Shown: positions 48,730 to 62,980 of the stretch, in pieces
Numbering within the stretch: position 1 is the stretch's first letter
How the letters are laid out: each line of letters opens with the position of its first letter
Source: Cirrosporium novae-zelandiae
Lineage: Eukaryota
DNA length: 64,000 bases
Reading direction: 5' to 3'
Assembly: GCA_026023565.1 (NCBI GenBank)
Contig: JAPETS010000053.1
Span: 62,001-126,000 of the forward strand
Translations under genes and position numbers: made by a program
Notes under the pieces: model-generated
Database searches by the model: none
Told to the model about the DNA's origin: nothing
Seen by the model: only the letters and a program-made list of their open reading frames with translations

Positions 48730-49995
48730 ATGGCATCACCAACTGAGGTTCTATCCGAAGATTTACAGAATGATGAGAGCAGAACGTTAGCACCGAGTTC
48801 CCTACACGATCCAACCCCTAACGCGTTACCCAGAATAGTAGAACATGAGGGAGATACTGAAAATCGAAATGTTGACCAATACCCAAAAGCCTTACGAGAG
48901 CTCACTAAATTGAGGGAGACTTGTACAATCAAGCGTATAAGACTTCGGGAGAAGAGGGTGACCTTGAAATTTAAAAGAGAAGAGGTTATCAAGAACTACG
49001 ACGAGCTTTTCACATGGGTGCATGGCAATAGGAAATCAAAATTTGGTTTCCTTGTGGCTAGAGAGAATGACTATCAGGAAGATGTTGAGAAATGTCGACT
49101 TGTACGTCAAGACTATGCCAACCTAGAATCCGAGTACAACAGTCTCGACATCGAATATATTCGAGACGAATTTACGCTCGAAGATACAGAAGAACGCCTG
49201 TACAAAAAACTGAAGGCCCTGAAGGCTGGTAATGTCGAAGGACTACTTGATATCTCGCTATCTTCGACCGTATCCCCAGAGGTGCCCTCCGAGCTTTGTA
49301 AATTTAATCCCAGCGACTACTCTTCAGTGGACACTGATCAGTTTGAGGAGGCTCTGGGAGCTGGAACTGCAATAGGAGAAATACCGGACTTGACTGGAAC
49401 TGGCCTGCAGCTAGGAGCATCCCAAGAACAACCCTATTTGGTGAATAGAGCATGGACGCCTGATCCAGAAACTCCCGGATCTTCTGAATGTGGACATGGT
49501 TTAAAATATTCTCAGTCATGCCCTAATTTCAACGTCAAAGATGACACCGTCGATATAAGGAATCAAACAGGCCATACTAGCCTATCTGCCTTTCCTTTGC
49601 TATTAAACGAAGAGCATGACACAGGGATACTCAACCCCCTTCTGACAGATTTCAAGAATACCCGAGATCGGATCAATCAATGGATCCTTCATAAGCTGCG
49701 GGTATCTGTTGGCGATCAACTTTTGCTTGCACACCTTGTCTCCCGTGAAATAGAACAGCAATTTGATACATCCCAGCTACCACAATGTATCCCCGAGACT
49801 TGGTCAACTGATGAAGCTACGACTACTTTATATCCTACCTCAGCTTCAATCGGAGACGTTGAAATGCAGGGGCCTATAGCGGTGAAAAGGTCCCAGGCTA
49901 GGGATTTGCTTGATACCCCACTAATCGAGTCAGGAGGGTTGAAAGGATCTTCGATGCGAACTATGAAATCCGAATCGAATCCAGCTAGTTTCTAA
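48730..49995 (+). CDS. Hypothetical protein, 421 aa, N-terminal coiled coil
   Basis: Long uninterrupted ORF with charged heptad-like segment and TRDRINQWILHKLR motif; no recognisable family. Confidence 0.7.
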   Translation: MASPTEVLSEDLQNDESRTLAPSSLHDPTPNALPRIVEHEGDTENRNVDQYPKALRELTKLRETCTIKRIRLREKRVTLKFKREEVIKNYDELFTWVHGNRKSKFGFLVARENDYQEDVEKCRLVRQDYANLESEYNSLDIEYIRDEFTLEDTEERLYKKLKALKAGNVEGLLDISLSSTVSPEVPSELCKFNPSDYSSVDTDQFEEALGAGTAIGEIPDLTGTGLQLGASQEQPYLVNRAWTPDPETPGSSECGHGLKYSQSCPNFNVKDDTVDIRNQTGHTSLSAFPLLLNEEHDTGILNPLLTDFKNTRDRINQWILHKLRVSVGDQLLLAHLVSREIEQQFDTSQLPQCIPETWSTDEATTTLYPTSASIGDVEMQGPIAVKRSQARDLLDTPLIESGGLKGSSMRTMKSESNPASF

Positions 49996-52900
49996 CAATG
50001 ACTGCGGGGTATTACCCTGCGAGTTTCGGGTATTGGGTAGTACTTAAGGGGCCGCTCAGTCTTTCCGAGATTCGAAACTACGGAGAGTGCGATAATCAGA
50101 AACTATGGCCGTTATATCACAAATCTCTCTCCCCCGACGGATTCCTACCTACCATTATACTCATATCAACTACGCTACAACTATGTTCCCCGACTTAGGG
50201 GGATGGATATTATATTTCACGGCACGAAAATTGGATGGGCATCACAACACTTTAATAAGCCGTACCTCAACGTCCGGCAGCGAAAGGCCAGACCCATTTT
50301 ATAATCGACACAACGAAAGCCCCAAGGTTGGGATAGACCAGGGATTAATTGACTCTTTTTATGTTTAGTTATGATTATTATTAGGTGCTACTAGGTATTT
50401 TCTCTCCTCCAAGACCTTATTCTGACTTTCTAAATTGGTTTTTATATAACATTCTACTTTGACTTAAGGAGTAAGGACGATGAAGGTGGTTTTTGGACCT
50501 ACATGTTATATGTTATATGTGATTTTCAGGGTTTTTTTCTTTATTCAGGGGGGTAAAAGGGGTAAATTGTTATTCGAACGAACTTTTAACCTTGGATTAA
50601 TGGGAGGGAGAGATTTATTTGCCTGATGGAAGTTTTTTTTTTCTTTTTCCCGAATATTCCTAAATCGAACGTCCTACTTGTGCATGTACATTTATATATA
50701 CTGCACAAGGTCATGTGCAATAATCGTATCTTTATGAGTAAACGAGGTCTTACGAAATCTATGTGCTACCCGATTTACTTCCCGTTGGTACTTACTTTTT
50801 TGAGTTCAAACTCAGCTAGAACATAATCAGTATTAGTGAGTCAGAATGACCTGATTCTTGTAACCTAGCCAATCCCTCTAACGGGCTATGACAAGATTGA
50901 TTCTTACCTATAAACCTGCTGCTAGAGCCTCATGTGTAGGCTAAGTTTCCCCAGGCCAAACTTTCCACTCAGTTCAAATAGAGTATACCAGGAACCAGAA
51001 GAGAGAGAGAGAGAGAACTTGATGAAAAATAACCGAAAACGTATTTTATTTTTATTTTTTCTGTTTACAAAAATACCATACCAACTTTACCATACGGTCT
51101 CAAAAGCAAACGCTGCAGAAGCATTCTTTCGATGATTGGTTTGACACAACTTTGCACACCATCATCTCCATAAGATGTTTATCAAAATCGAATCCTTCGA
51201 TTTTCCTTGACCAGGGGGGGTTCCAAGTTCTCCTAGGTGGCTCCACTAACTGACTCGAGATGCATAGGATTATATTTGCATGATATAAATTACCATCCCC
51301 AAGGTTCGGGCATTTTGGGGGGTACTTTTATACAAACTGGTCCGTTTATCAGAAAACACATCGCAAAGGAATATGTATGATTGACATCGGAGTAAGGCGG
51401 CTGTGTAATGCTCTCAAGTGCTGATGTGTTATTCCTTTTCGGTGTAAGTCGATCAACTACGAAAAGAGGGATGAACGGGAGGAAATAGGGGGGCGAAAAT
51501 TAGGTAAACAAAGCAAAAACCTGCTGCGGGATGTTTGAGCCTACCAATCATTATCGCATAGTATGATAGGCCTAGTTAATAAGAATAGAGCCCGTCAGAT
51601 AAGGTATGGCTGGGAATACTTGGTAGAATCTTCTGACTCGCATGACGCAGGCGGGCCGAGTAACCCCTTCTACGACCATTCTAATAGGATGCCAGATCAT
51701 CGGGATCCCGACTTGAGGCTCTTTGGCGAAAAGGCAGACGGGATCGGATCTATCGTGGATCGTTACCACCCCAACAGCTTTGTTTCCTAGCTCCCCCATG
51801 TGACCAATCGGTACTGGATTTAGGTCCGATTAATAGAAATACCGTCTAGAATGATTTTTCATAGGTTGTGATTGATAGAAATGTAGGCATAATGATAGGC
51901 TGCTTGGGAGAATTTGAATCCGAGACATTTCGAAAAAGGATGACCCTAGGAAATGATAGTATGGTTAGGCTCCAAGTGACGGATGATCACTATTGAAATT
52001 TTTGATGATTGTATTGGAAGATGAGAAATGGGTGGTTGAAAATTCATGTCTTGGCGATGTCTTGGTGGAGGGTCATTATAAGAATATTTTGGTAGAGTTA
52101 AGGGTATAAGTCACTATCCAGAACAGATATACGTCAGTTATCGACTAAGATAACCATTTAAGAGGAAGGATGGGAAAACAAAAGTAGAATACAAGGCTTG
52201 AGTCTCAAGCATTGGTCGAATGAAGACCGCTGACGTTTTTTGTTTCTTCTGTAAGCCAGCCCCAACGGTAAGAGGGATAGATACGTACTTTTTCTATGAG
52301 AAACCCATAGCTTATGATAATCAGCTGTCGCTTCTAATCCTTTCTTATTCGTTTTTGCTATGAATAACAGACACCAACCTCGATATTTGCAAAATTGATA
52401 GCAAACGTTGATATTATTCAGGTAAAGTTTTACCGCTGAATTCCACGTTGTCATTAAGGAGCCGGCCCGGCGGGTTCACCCGTAGAAGCCATTCTGGCGG
52501 TACTTCTAGCCTGCCAGCTCGTTATATCGTGCCCAATATCAGCTCTTTGAATCACCCATATCTTAGACCACATATTAATACCACATCCGAGAACAATTCC
52601 TTAGTATTTTCTTTCCACAATAACCTAATAAACTCCCTCCCCACCCACCATCTCACAACTTTTCTACTTTTTCCCATTGCCAAGACTGGATGCATAAAAC
52701 AACCAGCGAGCTTTGGACAGGTGACCGGTCTCCAACTTTCAGCTCGGGTCTTTGGGTGCGAATCTTGCTTTGCATAGTAGTTAGGCTGCCGCCCTAGAGA
52801 TATGTGCATAACAATTGAGAGTTGTAATTTGATCAAGTTTGGCGTGAAGATAGCCGGACAGGGGTATGCTGATAGCGGGCCCGAAAGGCTGAGGACGCTA

Positions 52901-53363
52901 AGTTGCGCAGTATATGTCCAGGTTGTTTGGTAGAAGTTCATAACCACATTTTGAAACAAGAATGTAGCTTCACTCGCATGAGAGACATAGAGTACTATAG
53001 GTCATTAGTATTAGCCACCTCCCACCTCCCCCATTGAACCACTTAAAATTTCAAGAGGCTTTCAGAGCAAAAGATATGTATCAATTGGAAGAAATTTAAA
53101 TGAAATGAGCACATGTATATTTGCAGAGAACATTTTTCTATCAAGAAGAATTGGTAGAATATTCGTACTGAAGGATTGTGTACCTACGGAGTTACTACGG
53201 TAGTTCATAGTTAATAATTAAATGTTAGGGCTGTAGGGCTTCACAAGACAAGAAACGAACCAATTCAGGTTAGTATGGTTTCTGGTTTTTGGAACGGAAC
53301 GAGGTAAGGACCGCGGCATCGTCGTCGAACCACCAAAACTTCGAAGCTATCAACCAAACCATC

Positions 53364-54278
53364 ATGGCAGCGGTAGTCAAACCAACAAGGCTTCCTCCGC
53401 TGCTGCATCAGCTGCGGACTCTACCAGCAGCTTCACGACCACACTACTCTCGAAAATCTCCCTCCGCTCGAAGTTATTACTCACACGAACACCCCTCTCC
53501 AGAACCATTCCCTCCCATTGAATCTTCCATCCTCTCCGCCTCTCTTGTTCACGTCCCTGCTCATGGTTTTAGTGAGACCGCCCTTCAGCTAGGTGCTCGA
53601 GATGCCGGTTATCTCCCTGCCTCGCTCCAGCTTTTTCCTAGAGGCGCCTTCGACTTGATTAATTACTACCTTATCATTCAGCGCCTTGCGCTAAAGGACC
53701 ATGTACAATTTCCAGATGAGACAACGGGGGTCGCTGCAAGAGTCAGGACCCTGATGTTAGAGAGACTACGAGCAAATAAGGATATAATTCATCAATGGCA
53801 GGACGTGCGTGACATTTCTATACATCTTCTTGAACTTCCATACATCTCCGCCGCCGCAATCCGGGTTTTCAAATTTCTATTGTCTTCACCTACTACCATT
53901 TTGATTGACTATTTAAACATCTCGACTAACCACATCTACTTATAGGCTCTTGCTCTGATGGCACTCCCCTCTCACCTTCGGCCGTCGCTCACCGAGCTGG
54001 CCAATCTTGCAGACGAAATCTGGTATTTGGCTGGAGACACCTCTATAGATGAGACTTGGTATACCAAACGTGCATCTCTAGCAACAATCTACTCTGCTGC
54101 AGATCTATTCATGACACAAGATACCTCCACGGACTTTACCGACACAGAAACATTCCTCGATCGCCGACTGGAGGATGTGAACACGGTGGGAGGGACACTT
54201 AGAGATGTTGGCGAATGGGCGGGGTTTCAAGCTGCAGGGCTAGTGAACCTTTTGAGAAGTAAGGGAATGCCCTTGTAA
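53364..54278 (+). CDS. COQ9: Ubiquinone biosynthesis protein Coq9, mitochondrial
   Basis: ILSASLVHVPAHGFS; LADEIWYLAGDTSIDETWYTKRASLATIY...LFMTQDTSTDFTDTETFLDRRL; intron 53804-53945. Confidence 0.93.
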
Positions 54279-54580
54279 CGGAATAGTTGGGATTGGAATG
54301 AAAATACGGATTTTCTAGTTGCGTGGAACGTATATCATGTGGAACGAGTCAACGGATGGATATAATGGGCCGAGCCTTGACCTAGAAAAAACCCGAGGAA
54401 TAATATCTTCAGACGAGTGGTTTCGTGACTCAAAGTATACGTGCAAGATGTCACCTTTTTCTTCTTGTGAAAAAGTTTGGGACTGTATTATTTCTTCTTG
54501 TGCATTTGGACGGAGTATATAAAGTTGCATCCTAGAGCGACAGTTTAACCAATCAACCTGGCGGTGGCGCTAATCTCTCC

Positions 54581-55993
54581 TCAAACTGCTGTCCCATAAT
54601 TCTCCGCTCCCATTTCCACTTCCGTTTCTCCCTGCTCAATTTCCCGCTCCATTGCCCTTCTCCGGATTGTGTTTCTCCACTTCATAAGTTTATGCATTGC
54701 CTTCTCAACTTCTCCAGACTCCCACCACTGCATCATAAGACCCGGGTCGGCCATTTGATCGGACTTGCAATCTCTTGCGACAGCGTCCAGTATTTCTCCA
54801 GTGTGGTCATTGAATTCAACACCCGAATCATCCATTTCTTTGAGGAGAGAGAGCATACTATGGAGATCTCCATACACGCGCCAGTTGAGGGTCAGTAGTT
54901 CGTTGTAGAATGGAGTTGTGGCACCAAGAACGTAGGAAGTTCGGCCGAGGGATTTCAGGTGTGGAAGAAGGTTAAGAGCGAGAGGAGAACTGGGGAAGCG
55001 CTCGTGCAGAAGACGAATCGCATGAAGCACTGTACCGGAGTAGGTTGGTGCAACAATAGCTAGAGGGGGTATGATGATGCCAGTGGAGGGGGTAGTCTCC
55101 GCCTCGCTACTTGATTCCTGGGCCGTCTTCACAGGAGGGGTAGGCTTCTTTGGGGGAGCGGATTCCGCCTTCTTGAATGTCTTCTTTATAGGATGGGCAG
55201 GGGTAGACCTAGACTTGAGTTCGCTTAATCCTAACTTTTCGAGCATAGAAAACACTTCCTGCTCTAGGACCTTCCAGATACCAACATCGGTTTTCTGATC
55301 CTCGAGACACTTGATTATGCGCCGAAGTTCCCGCTCCCGAGTTTCCCTAATAATTCGAGCATATTCTTTCTCGGCTTTCTTCTCGGCTTCAGTTAACTCT
55401 GGCTCCTCTTCGGCCCCTCCCTCCTTCCAGTTGAGAGCAGCAGATCTCATCGCATTGAGCGCCGCAGTACGTAGTGCCGGAGGATACCTGTCAATTGCCT
55501 TTCGGAGATTCTCCTCCATGTCGTGAGCATTTTCTGCAGAAGTAGGATCCATTGAAACGGATGGCGATTCTGATTGGGTCTCATCACGCTTCACATCCGC
55601 TACGGAATTGCGGAGCCGTGAGGTTTTGGGGCCAGGCGCGGGATATTTAGCCAAGCCCTTAAATACCTGAGCCCAAATATCTCGTTCTTGTTTTGTAATA
55701 GTAGAATTCTTGGAACGAGGTATTTGAGGAGCGCCAAGTTGGGAAGTTGAACCTTTTGAGAGACCTTCAAAAGGAATATATTCGGCAGGTCCGCGAGAAG
55801 TTCCGCTTGGCCTGTTTGTCGCATACTTTCGCCGAGAGGAAGGAATTAATTGGAGATGCATTTGAATTCTTCGGATGGCGGCAGAGTCTATTTTACGAAG
55901 GGTGGCGGTTTGATAGAGAAACGGGAGGAGAGTGGATTGAGGATTACTTCGTATTAATGGAGCCAAAGTTTGAGCAGAGGTGTTGAGCGCCAT
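54581..55993 (-). CDS. Mitochondrial protein with Mtf2-like C-terminal domain
   Basis: Presequence-like N-terminus with LLPFLYQTATL; STITKQERDIW; SYVLGATTPFYNELL...LLKEMDDSGVEF resembles fungal Mtf2-like proteins. Confidence 0.7.
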   Translation of the reverse strand: MALNTSAQTLAPLIRSNPQSTLLPFLYQTATLRKIDSAAIRRIQMHLQLIPSSRRKYATNRPSGTSRGPAEYIPFEGLSKGSTSQLGAPQIPRSKNSTITKQERDIWAQVFKGLAKYPAPGPKTSRLRNSVADVKRDETQSESPSVSMDPTSAENAHDMEENLRKAIDRYPPALRTAALNAMRSAALNWKEGGAEEEPELTEAEKKAEKEYARIIRETRERELRRIIKCLEDQKTDVGIWKVLEQEVFSMLEKLGLSELKSRSTPAHPIKKTFKKAESAPPKKPTPPVKTAQESSSEAETTPSTGIIIPPLAIVAPTYSGTVLHAIRLLHERFPSSPLALNLLPHLKSLGRTSYVLGATTPFYNELLTLNWRVYGDLHSMLSLLKEMDDSGVEFNDHTGEILDAVARDCKSDQMADPGLMMQWWESGEVEKAMHKLMKWRNTIRRRAMEREIEQGETEVEMGAENYGTAV

Positions 55994-56278
55994 TTTCAGT
56001 CGAAAAGAGAACAAAGCTGTTCAAGGTGAGCTTCGGGATGAATTGAGGGTAAGAAGATAATTAAGTAAGTAGTTAATTATACTTGTATTAGACCACACAA
56101 AACTGGGGGGGGAATGAATTTCAGTGCGAGTTTTCGGTGGAAGTGGTGTTAACTATATTTAAGATTTTCAGTTGAGCTTCCAGCTCGAGCTTCTTTTTCC
56201 GAAGACGCCGAATAAAAAAATTTAGTTGCATTGGCTCGGTGGGTGGGAGGTACCTAGGTACTTTTTTTCTAGCCTTGT

Positions 56279-56309
56279 CGCGTCCTCCAAATCCATTAAC
56301 TTCACGCGT
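56279..56309. promoter_or_regulatory. MCB-like elements (ACGCGT, CGCGT) in the divergent promoter upstream of CMR1
   Basis: ACGCGT at 56304-56309 and CGCGT at 56279-56283, 80-110 bp upstream of the ATG of a DNA-damage gene. Confidence 0.5.
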
Positions 56310-56386
56310 CGCCTACCTACGTACCTAGGTATCTAAGGGAGATCATACCTTAAACAACCTACTCTAATAATTATACAATTTGAAAT

Positions 56387-58044
56387 ATGGCGAAAAATCC
56401 TCCACCAGAACTAAGTGATTATGAGAAGCAGCGTTTAGCTAATATCGCCGAACGTGACGCCTTGCTGAAAAAGTTGGCCCTCGATGCTGCTTCTGCGGGT
56501 CTTGCTCCAAAGGTACCTCCGAGGGCATCCACCCCAAAAGAGAAGACTCGAAAGAGGAAGGCTGCGCCGAAGCAACTGAAAGAAGAGGCTCCTCGTCGTC
56601 ACTCATCGCGACTCGCCGGGTTAACCGCCGATAGTGAGGTTGCAAAGCGCAAGGCCGAGGAAGAATATCAAGCAGTCCAAGATGAGGCTAGAAGGAAGCG
56701 ACAACGTGTTTCGGATGATATGGATCTTGGGGACATTGTAGTTGCGGGAAAGCAATGGGACAAAAGCGATAACTTCGTTGATGTGTTCAGAAGGGGGGCG
56801 CGACCTTACGAGCGGACCTTTGGGGAGGATGATATCAAAGAGACATCGGACAAGGAACTGAGGTCATTGAGAGGGAAGATGAGTGGCTTGGAGTTATACT
56901 CGGGATTTGAACCGAATCGCATCAAGATTACACCTGAGCGGATCTACACCATGGCATTCCACCCTTCACCCGACAAGCCTCTAATCTTTGCCGGCGACAA
57001 ACTAGGAAATCTAGGTATATTTGATGGTTCTCAAATGCCCTCGTCGGTGAAAAAGGAAGAAAAGATCAAACAGGAAGAAGATGATGAAGAGGAGGCCGAG
57101 GAAGATGACCGAGATCCAGAAATAACAGCTTTTCACATCCATGCCCGAACAATATCCTCCTTACAATTCCACCCTGCAAACCCAACGACTCTATATACAT
57201 CTTCATATGATTCTTCTGTTAGAAGCCTTGATCTCATTGCTTCGAAAGTTGTTGAAGTTTATGCGCCTCCATCTTCCGACGAAGAAAGCCCTATATCCGG
57301 CATCGAAGTACATCCATCGAACCCCAATATCATTTATTTGACCACCTTGGATGGCACATTCGGGCAACATGATTTGCGTACATCGTCCAATAATACAACT
57401 CTATACCAGCTATCAGAAAAGAAGATTGGGGGTTTTTCCTTGCATCCAAAACATGAACACCTCGTCTCAACGGCCTCACTCGACCGGTTCCTCAAGATTT
57501 GGGATCTACGCAAGATTAGTGGGAAGAACGAATCACGGCTACCCGCTCTCGCTGGCGAACATGAGAGCCGACTTAGCGTATCGCATGCCAACTTCAACGC
57601 GACAGGGCAAGTTGCCACGGCGAGTTATGACGATACGATCAAGATCCATGACTTCGCCAAAGCAGGTACTTGGGAAGTGGGACATTCGCTAACAGATAAG
57701 GAGATGCTACCGAAGACAACCATCAGGCATAATAACCAGACGGGCAGATGGGTGACCATGTAAGCAATCATATTCTTACTAAGTCCAAATGTTCCTATAA
57801 TATATCAGCTAACCTCTGTATAAGCCTCCGCGCTCAATGGCAACAGCACCCCTCGGATGGCGTACAACGTTTTGTGATTGGGAATATGAATCGATTTGTA
57901 GACATTTACACTAAAGATGGACAACAACTTGCACAGCTCGGAGGGGAGGGGATTACGGCAGTTCCAGCTGTTGCTCAATTTCATCCAACTCAAGATTGGG
58001 TTGCTGGAGGGACAGCCAGCGGGAAATTATGTTTATGGATGTAA
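56387..58044 (+). CDS. CMR1: DNA damage-binding WD40 protein Cmr1 (WDR76)
   Basis: [80 protein letters not shown]. Confidence 0.94.
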
Positions 58045-58463
58045 AATATCTGTACTTTGGAACCTGTACATTATCTAATGGCTAACTTGTATCTTGTGAT
58101 GATATCATTGGGTTAATCTCGGGAAATTCCGTGGGTCGCTGTGGTGGCAGGAAACAACTCAAGGAAGGCACTCAAGGCACCAGTTATTATTACTCGTCAT
58201 TCGTCACTCGTCACTCATCATGTGCAAAATGACAGAAGCTAAGCACAACAAGGCACGCTAAAGCTATCGGCTCACCTCCTTCCGGCCAAGCGACCTCCGA
58301 CCTCATCAACATCTCTCCATCCACCAACCGACCTAGCTACCTACAGTATTCCATCCACTGCTGCTCATCCATCCCTCGACAGCATCTCATCTCATCCATC
58401 CAACCTACTTCTATCATTCTATTTTCTTTATAGATAAATACTGCTTGACAGGATACTGACAAG

Positions 58464-59847
<1,384 letters not shown>

Positions 59848-60624
59848 AGTTAAGCAGTATTTGCGGGGAAGTTGGGAATATACATATGTTCGTGTACAGG
59901 AACTATCATAACAAGCTTTGGTGGGAGAGGTCAGACTGGTAAAGTGGTGTACGCAACTGCAATTGGATAATTCGGGCATCGGCGTCTTTTGAGTACGGGG
60001 TTAACTTGGACTTGAAACCCTATTGCATCAGCTTTGGTAATATTATGTACTCAATGTGTTATAACCAGCCTGGCAAGGTAATACAAGTTGTTGTAGGAGC
60101 AATCCTTTTGACGTATCAAAGTATAGCTAACTTCATAAGCAACCCCTTTTAGAGTATTAGAGATGATACAATTCGTGTAGCAATCTTATGCCTGTTTGGA
60201 ATAGGAGCTTTCTGATTATCGGGCGGTTAAATATGATTGCCTATTCCGGTATATCTTAGGGGTTTGTCATAAGCAGCATCATGCTAATCCATAAACCATG
60301 ATCTTAATTAAAAGTCAACATAGCAAAGGGGATCCCTTGAATTTATGGAAAGCTTGTTCTCACGACTGGATAGTTATAATTACAGGAATGATAATGAAGA
60401 AGCTGAAGAGACCTAAGAGTTTGAATCTACTTTTTGAAACGAGTTCTAGATTTAATCATTTATTCTACCTAATTTTTTGTCAAAAGGAATATAATACATG
60501 CATGGGGGGGCCAATTGGAGATATACTTCCGCCCGGAAGAGCTGCCCCAGCGAATCTCCCTTGACTAATCTAGAAAGCTCCATAAAAGTCATAATCATCA
60601 TATCCATGGGACTAATTAACTGAC

Positions 60625-61515
60625 TTACTTGCCCTCCCGATCCCTCCTCGCAACCGCCTCAGCCATAACCTCCCGCGGCGCTTCCAACCCCGTCCACAGT
60701 CTAAACTGATCATAGGCTTGTTCCAGCAAGACATCCAATCCCGTTACAACAGCCCACTTACCCTCCCCATGATCCCTAGTAACCGCCTGCAGCAGCGGCG
60801 TATACCTCGGCTTATACGCCATTTCCACACAGACACCACCCCCAGGCTTGGAGAAAATCACGGGCGGGAAATAGTCGACGGTTGTTTTGTCCGCGGGGAT
60901 TGTTCCGACGATGATATCGGGCGCCTGATCGGCGGGGACGTCTGAGAGGTTGTCGAGAACGGTGATGGGGAAGAGGGGTGCGAGAGCTTCTGCTATAGCT
61001 ACCGCTCGCGATTTGGTGCGGTTGGTTAGATAAATGGTCTTGACGCCTAGTTTGTAGAGGGCGTAAATTGCGGCTCTAGAAGCGCCACCGGCACCGACTA
61101 CGAGCCCGGTTTCGAATTTCTTGGGGGAGGAGGATGATGATAACACCTTCTCGATCGCTCGAACCAAACCGGTCCAATCGGTATTATCCCCTACTATAAT
61201 TTTCTCCCCCTTCCCCTCCTCCTCCTCCACAATCAACGTGTTTATAGCCCCCACAATCCTCCCATGCTCGGTGACCCTGTTGCAGAATTTCGACACGCCC
61301 AGCTTGTGCGGCATAGTCACGCTGGCGCCCCCGAAGCTGGGGCTGCGGATCGTGGATTCTAGTTCATCGACGGTGGAGGTTTCGTGGATTGTGTATGTGT
61401 GGGGGAGGTGGTGGTGCTGGAAGCCGGTGTTGTGGATTGTGGGGGATAGGCTGAAGGAGATTCCTTGGCCGAAGATGTAGAAGTTTTTTGGTGGTGGTGG
61501 TGAGGTGAGGGACAT
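60625..61515 (-). CDS. Stand-alone shikimate/quinate 5-dehydrogenase (AroE-like), intronless
   Basis: SLSP, GGASVTMPHK, GAINT, GDNTDW, GAGGASRAAIYAL, NRT, EMAYKP, GLDVLLEQAYDQFRLWTG. Confidence 0.92.
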   Translation of the reverse strand: MSLTSPPPPKNFYIFGQGISFSLSPTIHNTGFQHHHLPHTYTIHETSTVDELESTIRSPSFGGASVTMPHKLGVSKFCNRVTEHGRIVGAINTLIVEEEEGKGEKIIVGDNTDWTGLVRAIEKVLSSSSSPKKFETGLVVGAGGASRAAIYALYKLGVKTIYLTNRTKSRAVAIAEALAPLFPITVLDNLSDVPADQAPDIIVGTIPADKTTVDYFPPVIFSKPGGGVCVEMAYKPRYTPLLQAVTRDHGEGKWAVVTGLDVLLEQAYDQFRLWTGLEAPREVMAEAVARRDREGK

Positions 61516-62980
61516 TGTTGCTAGATTTGCTGATTGATTGACCGTGTGCTTGCTTGCTTGTTAGATCCAATCAATTACCCTCTCTAGACAATCTAGGTCA
61601 AATAAAGAAACCCCAGAATATATAATATATCTAGACTATACAATCCAACAAAACACAACAAAACAAGTACGTACTGTAAGTACTGTAAGTACTATAACCA
61701 AAACCAAAAACCAAAAAAAAGAAAGAAAAAAAAACCAGCCCCACAAAAAACAGTTAACTTAAGTTGTTAGAATGAAAATAACCAAGTTGGTAGGGGGGGG
61801 GTAATTAACATTGTAATAGTCTAATTGAAAAAATTGAAAACAAAAAACCTGGGGGCCTAGACTAAGGGTCGATCCGGGGCCGAAGGTCGGAGGCGGGATG
61901 GGGAGTGGAGAAAAAAAAAAACAAAAAAAAAACATGGGGGGAAAGTTTGAGTATAGTACTACCTACATAGGTAATTAATTTACTTGTACCTACACTCTTG
62001 CCCTACCCCTACTTTACCCTACCCCCCCCTTATCAAGGAATTTTTAAATTTAAACCAAGTCAAAGTTCAAGTTCAAGTTTTTTTTTTCCTGTAATTATAA
62101 GGATGGACCTGCGAGGGGGGAGGGAGGAAGAAGAAGAAGTATATTATATATTATATATATTTTAGGGCAATGAGGAGGAGGAAGGGAAAGAAAGGGAAAT
62201 TGTTGATATTGATGTTGATATTGAGTAGTGTGTATGTATGTCTATTCGGACAGTACAAGACAACAACTAGATATCCATGTCTATATCTATATTCTATAGA
62301 AGAAAGAAAGAAAGAAAGGGGGGAAAGAAAAGAAAAAAATCTTTTGCTAGAATTTCGATTTTTATATCATCTTATTTAAATGGGGTAGGTATAGTATATA
62401 TGCTTACTGTACTGTACCTTCTCATATTTACGAAGTCAATATACCCTAACTTTTAATACTTCAACACATCCCCCCCCCCCTACCGTGAAGCCCTAGCCCT
62501 AGTTTCGATTCCAAAGATAATAGGAGAGACCTACACAATATTACGGCCCTTAGAGAAAGTGTAGCCTTATCTTGTAATCATTTATTTGGACCTATTTGTC
62601 AATCCATCTACAAAGTAATTATTGCTGATTTAGGATGGTTGGTTGGTTTTGTATACACCAGCTCTCTTCTCATTCCCCCTAGACTACCACTGCAGTCTTA
62701 CGATTTCGCGGTCGAGTGGTAGGTAGGTCGGTAGGTAAGTGAGTATGTGACGGCGAAATAATACTAATGATTTGTACTAGCTACCATGTTCTTTTTGATA
62801 TGTATGCTATATACTAACGATATATGTACGTGACATATCAATAGCGAAATTGAATCCTATCCAACACCACCGACGCCAACCTTACCAAACCTAACTTAAC
62901 ATATGACGCCTCGCTATGCAATCTATCTACCGTATATGCAACATCAGCAAAGGAAGCGACAACAGCCATAAATAAGGCCA

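Noticed and set aside
51720..51742. U5 snRNA loop-like GCCTTTT on the minus strand
   Set aside because: Reads GCCTTTTCG, not the invariant GCCTTTTAC, and has no evident Sm site context.
62490..62502. CCCTAG repeats as telomere-like sequence
   Set aside because: Only two imperfect units; expected by chance.
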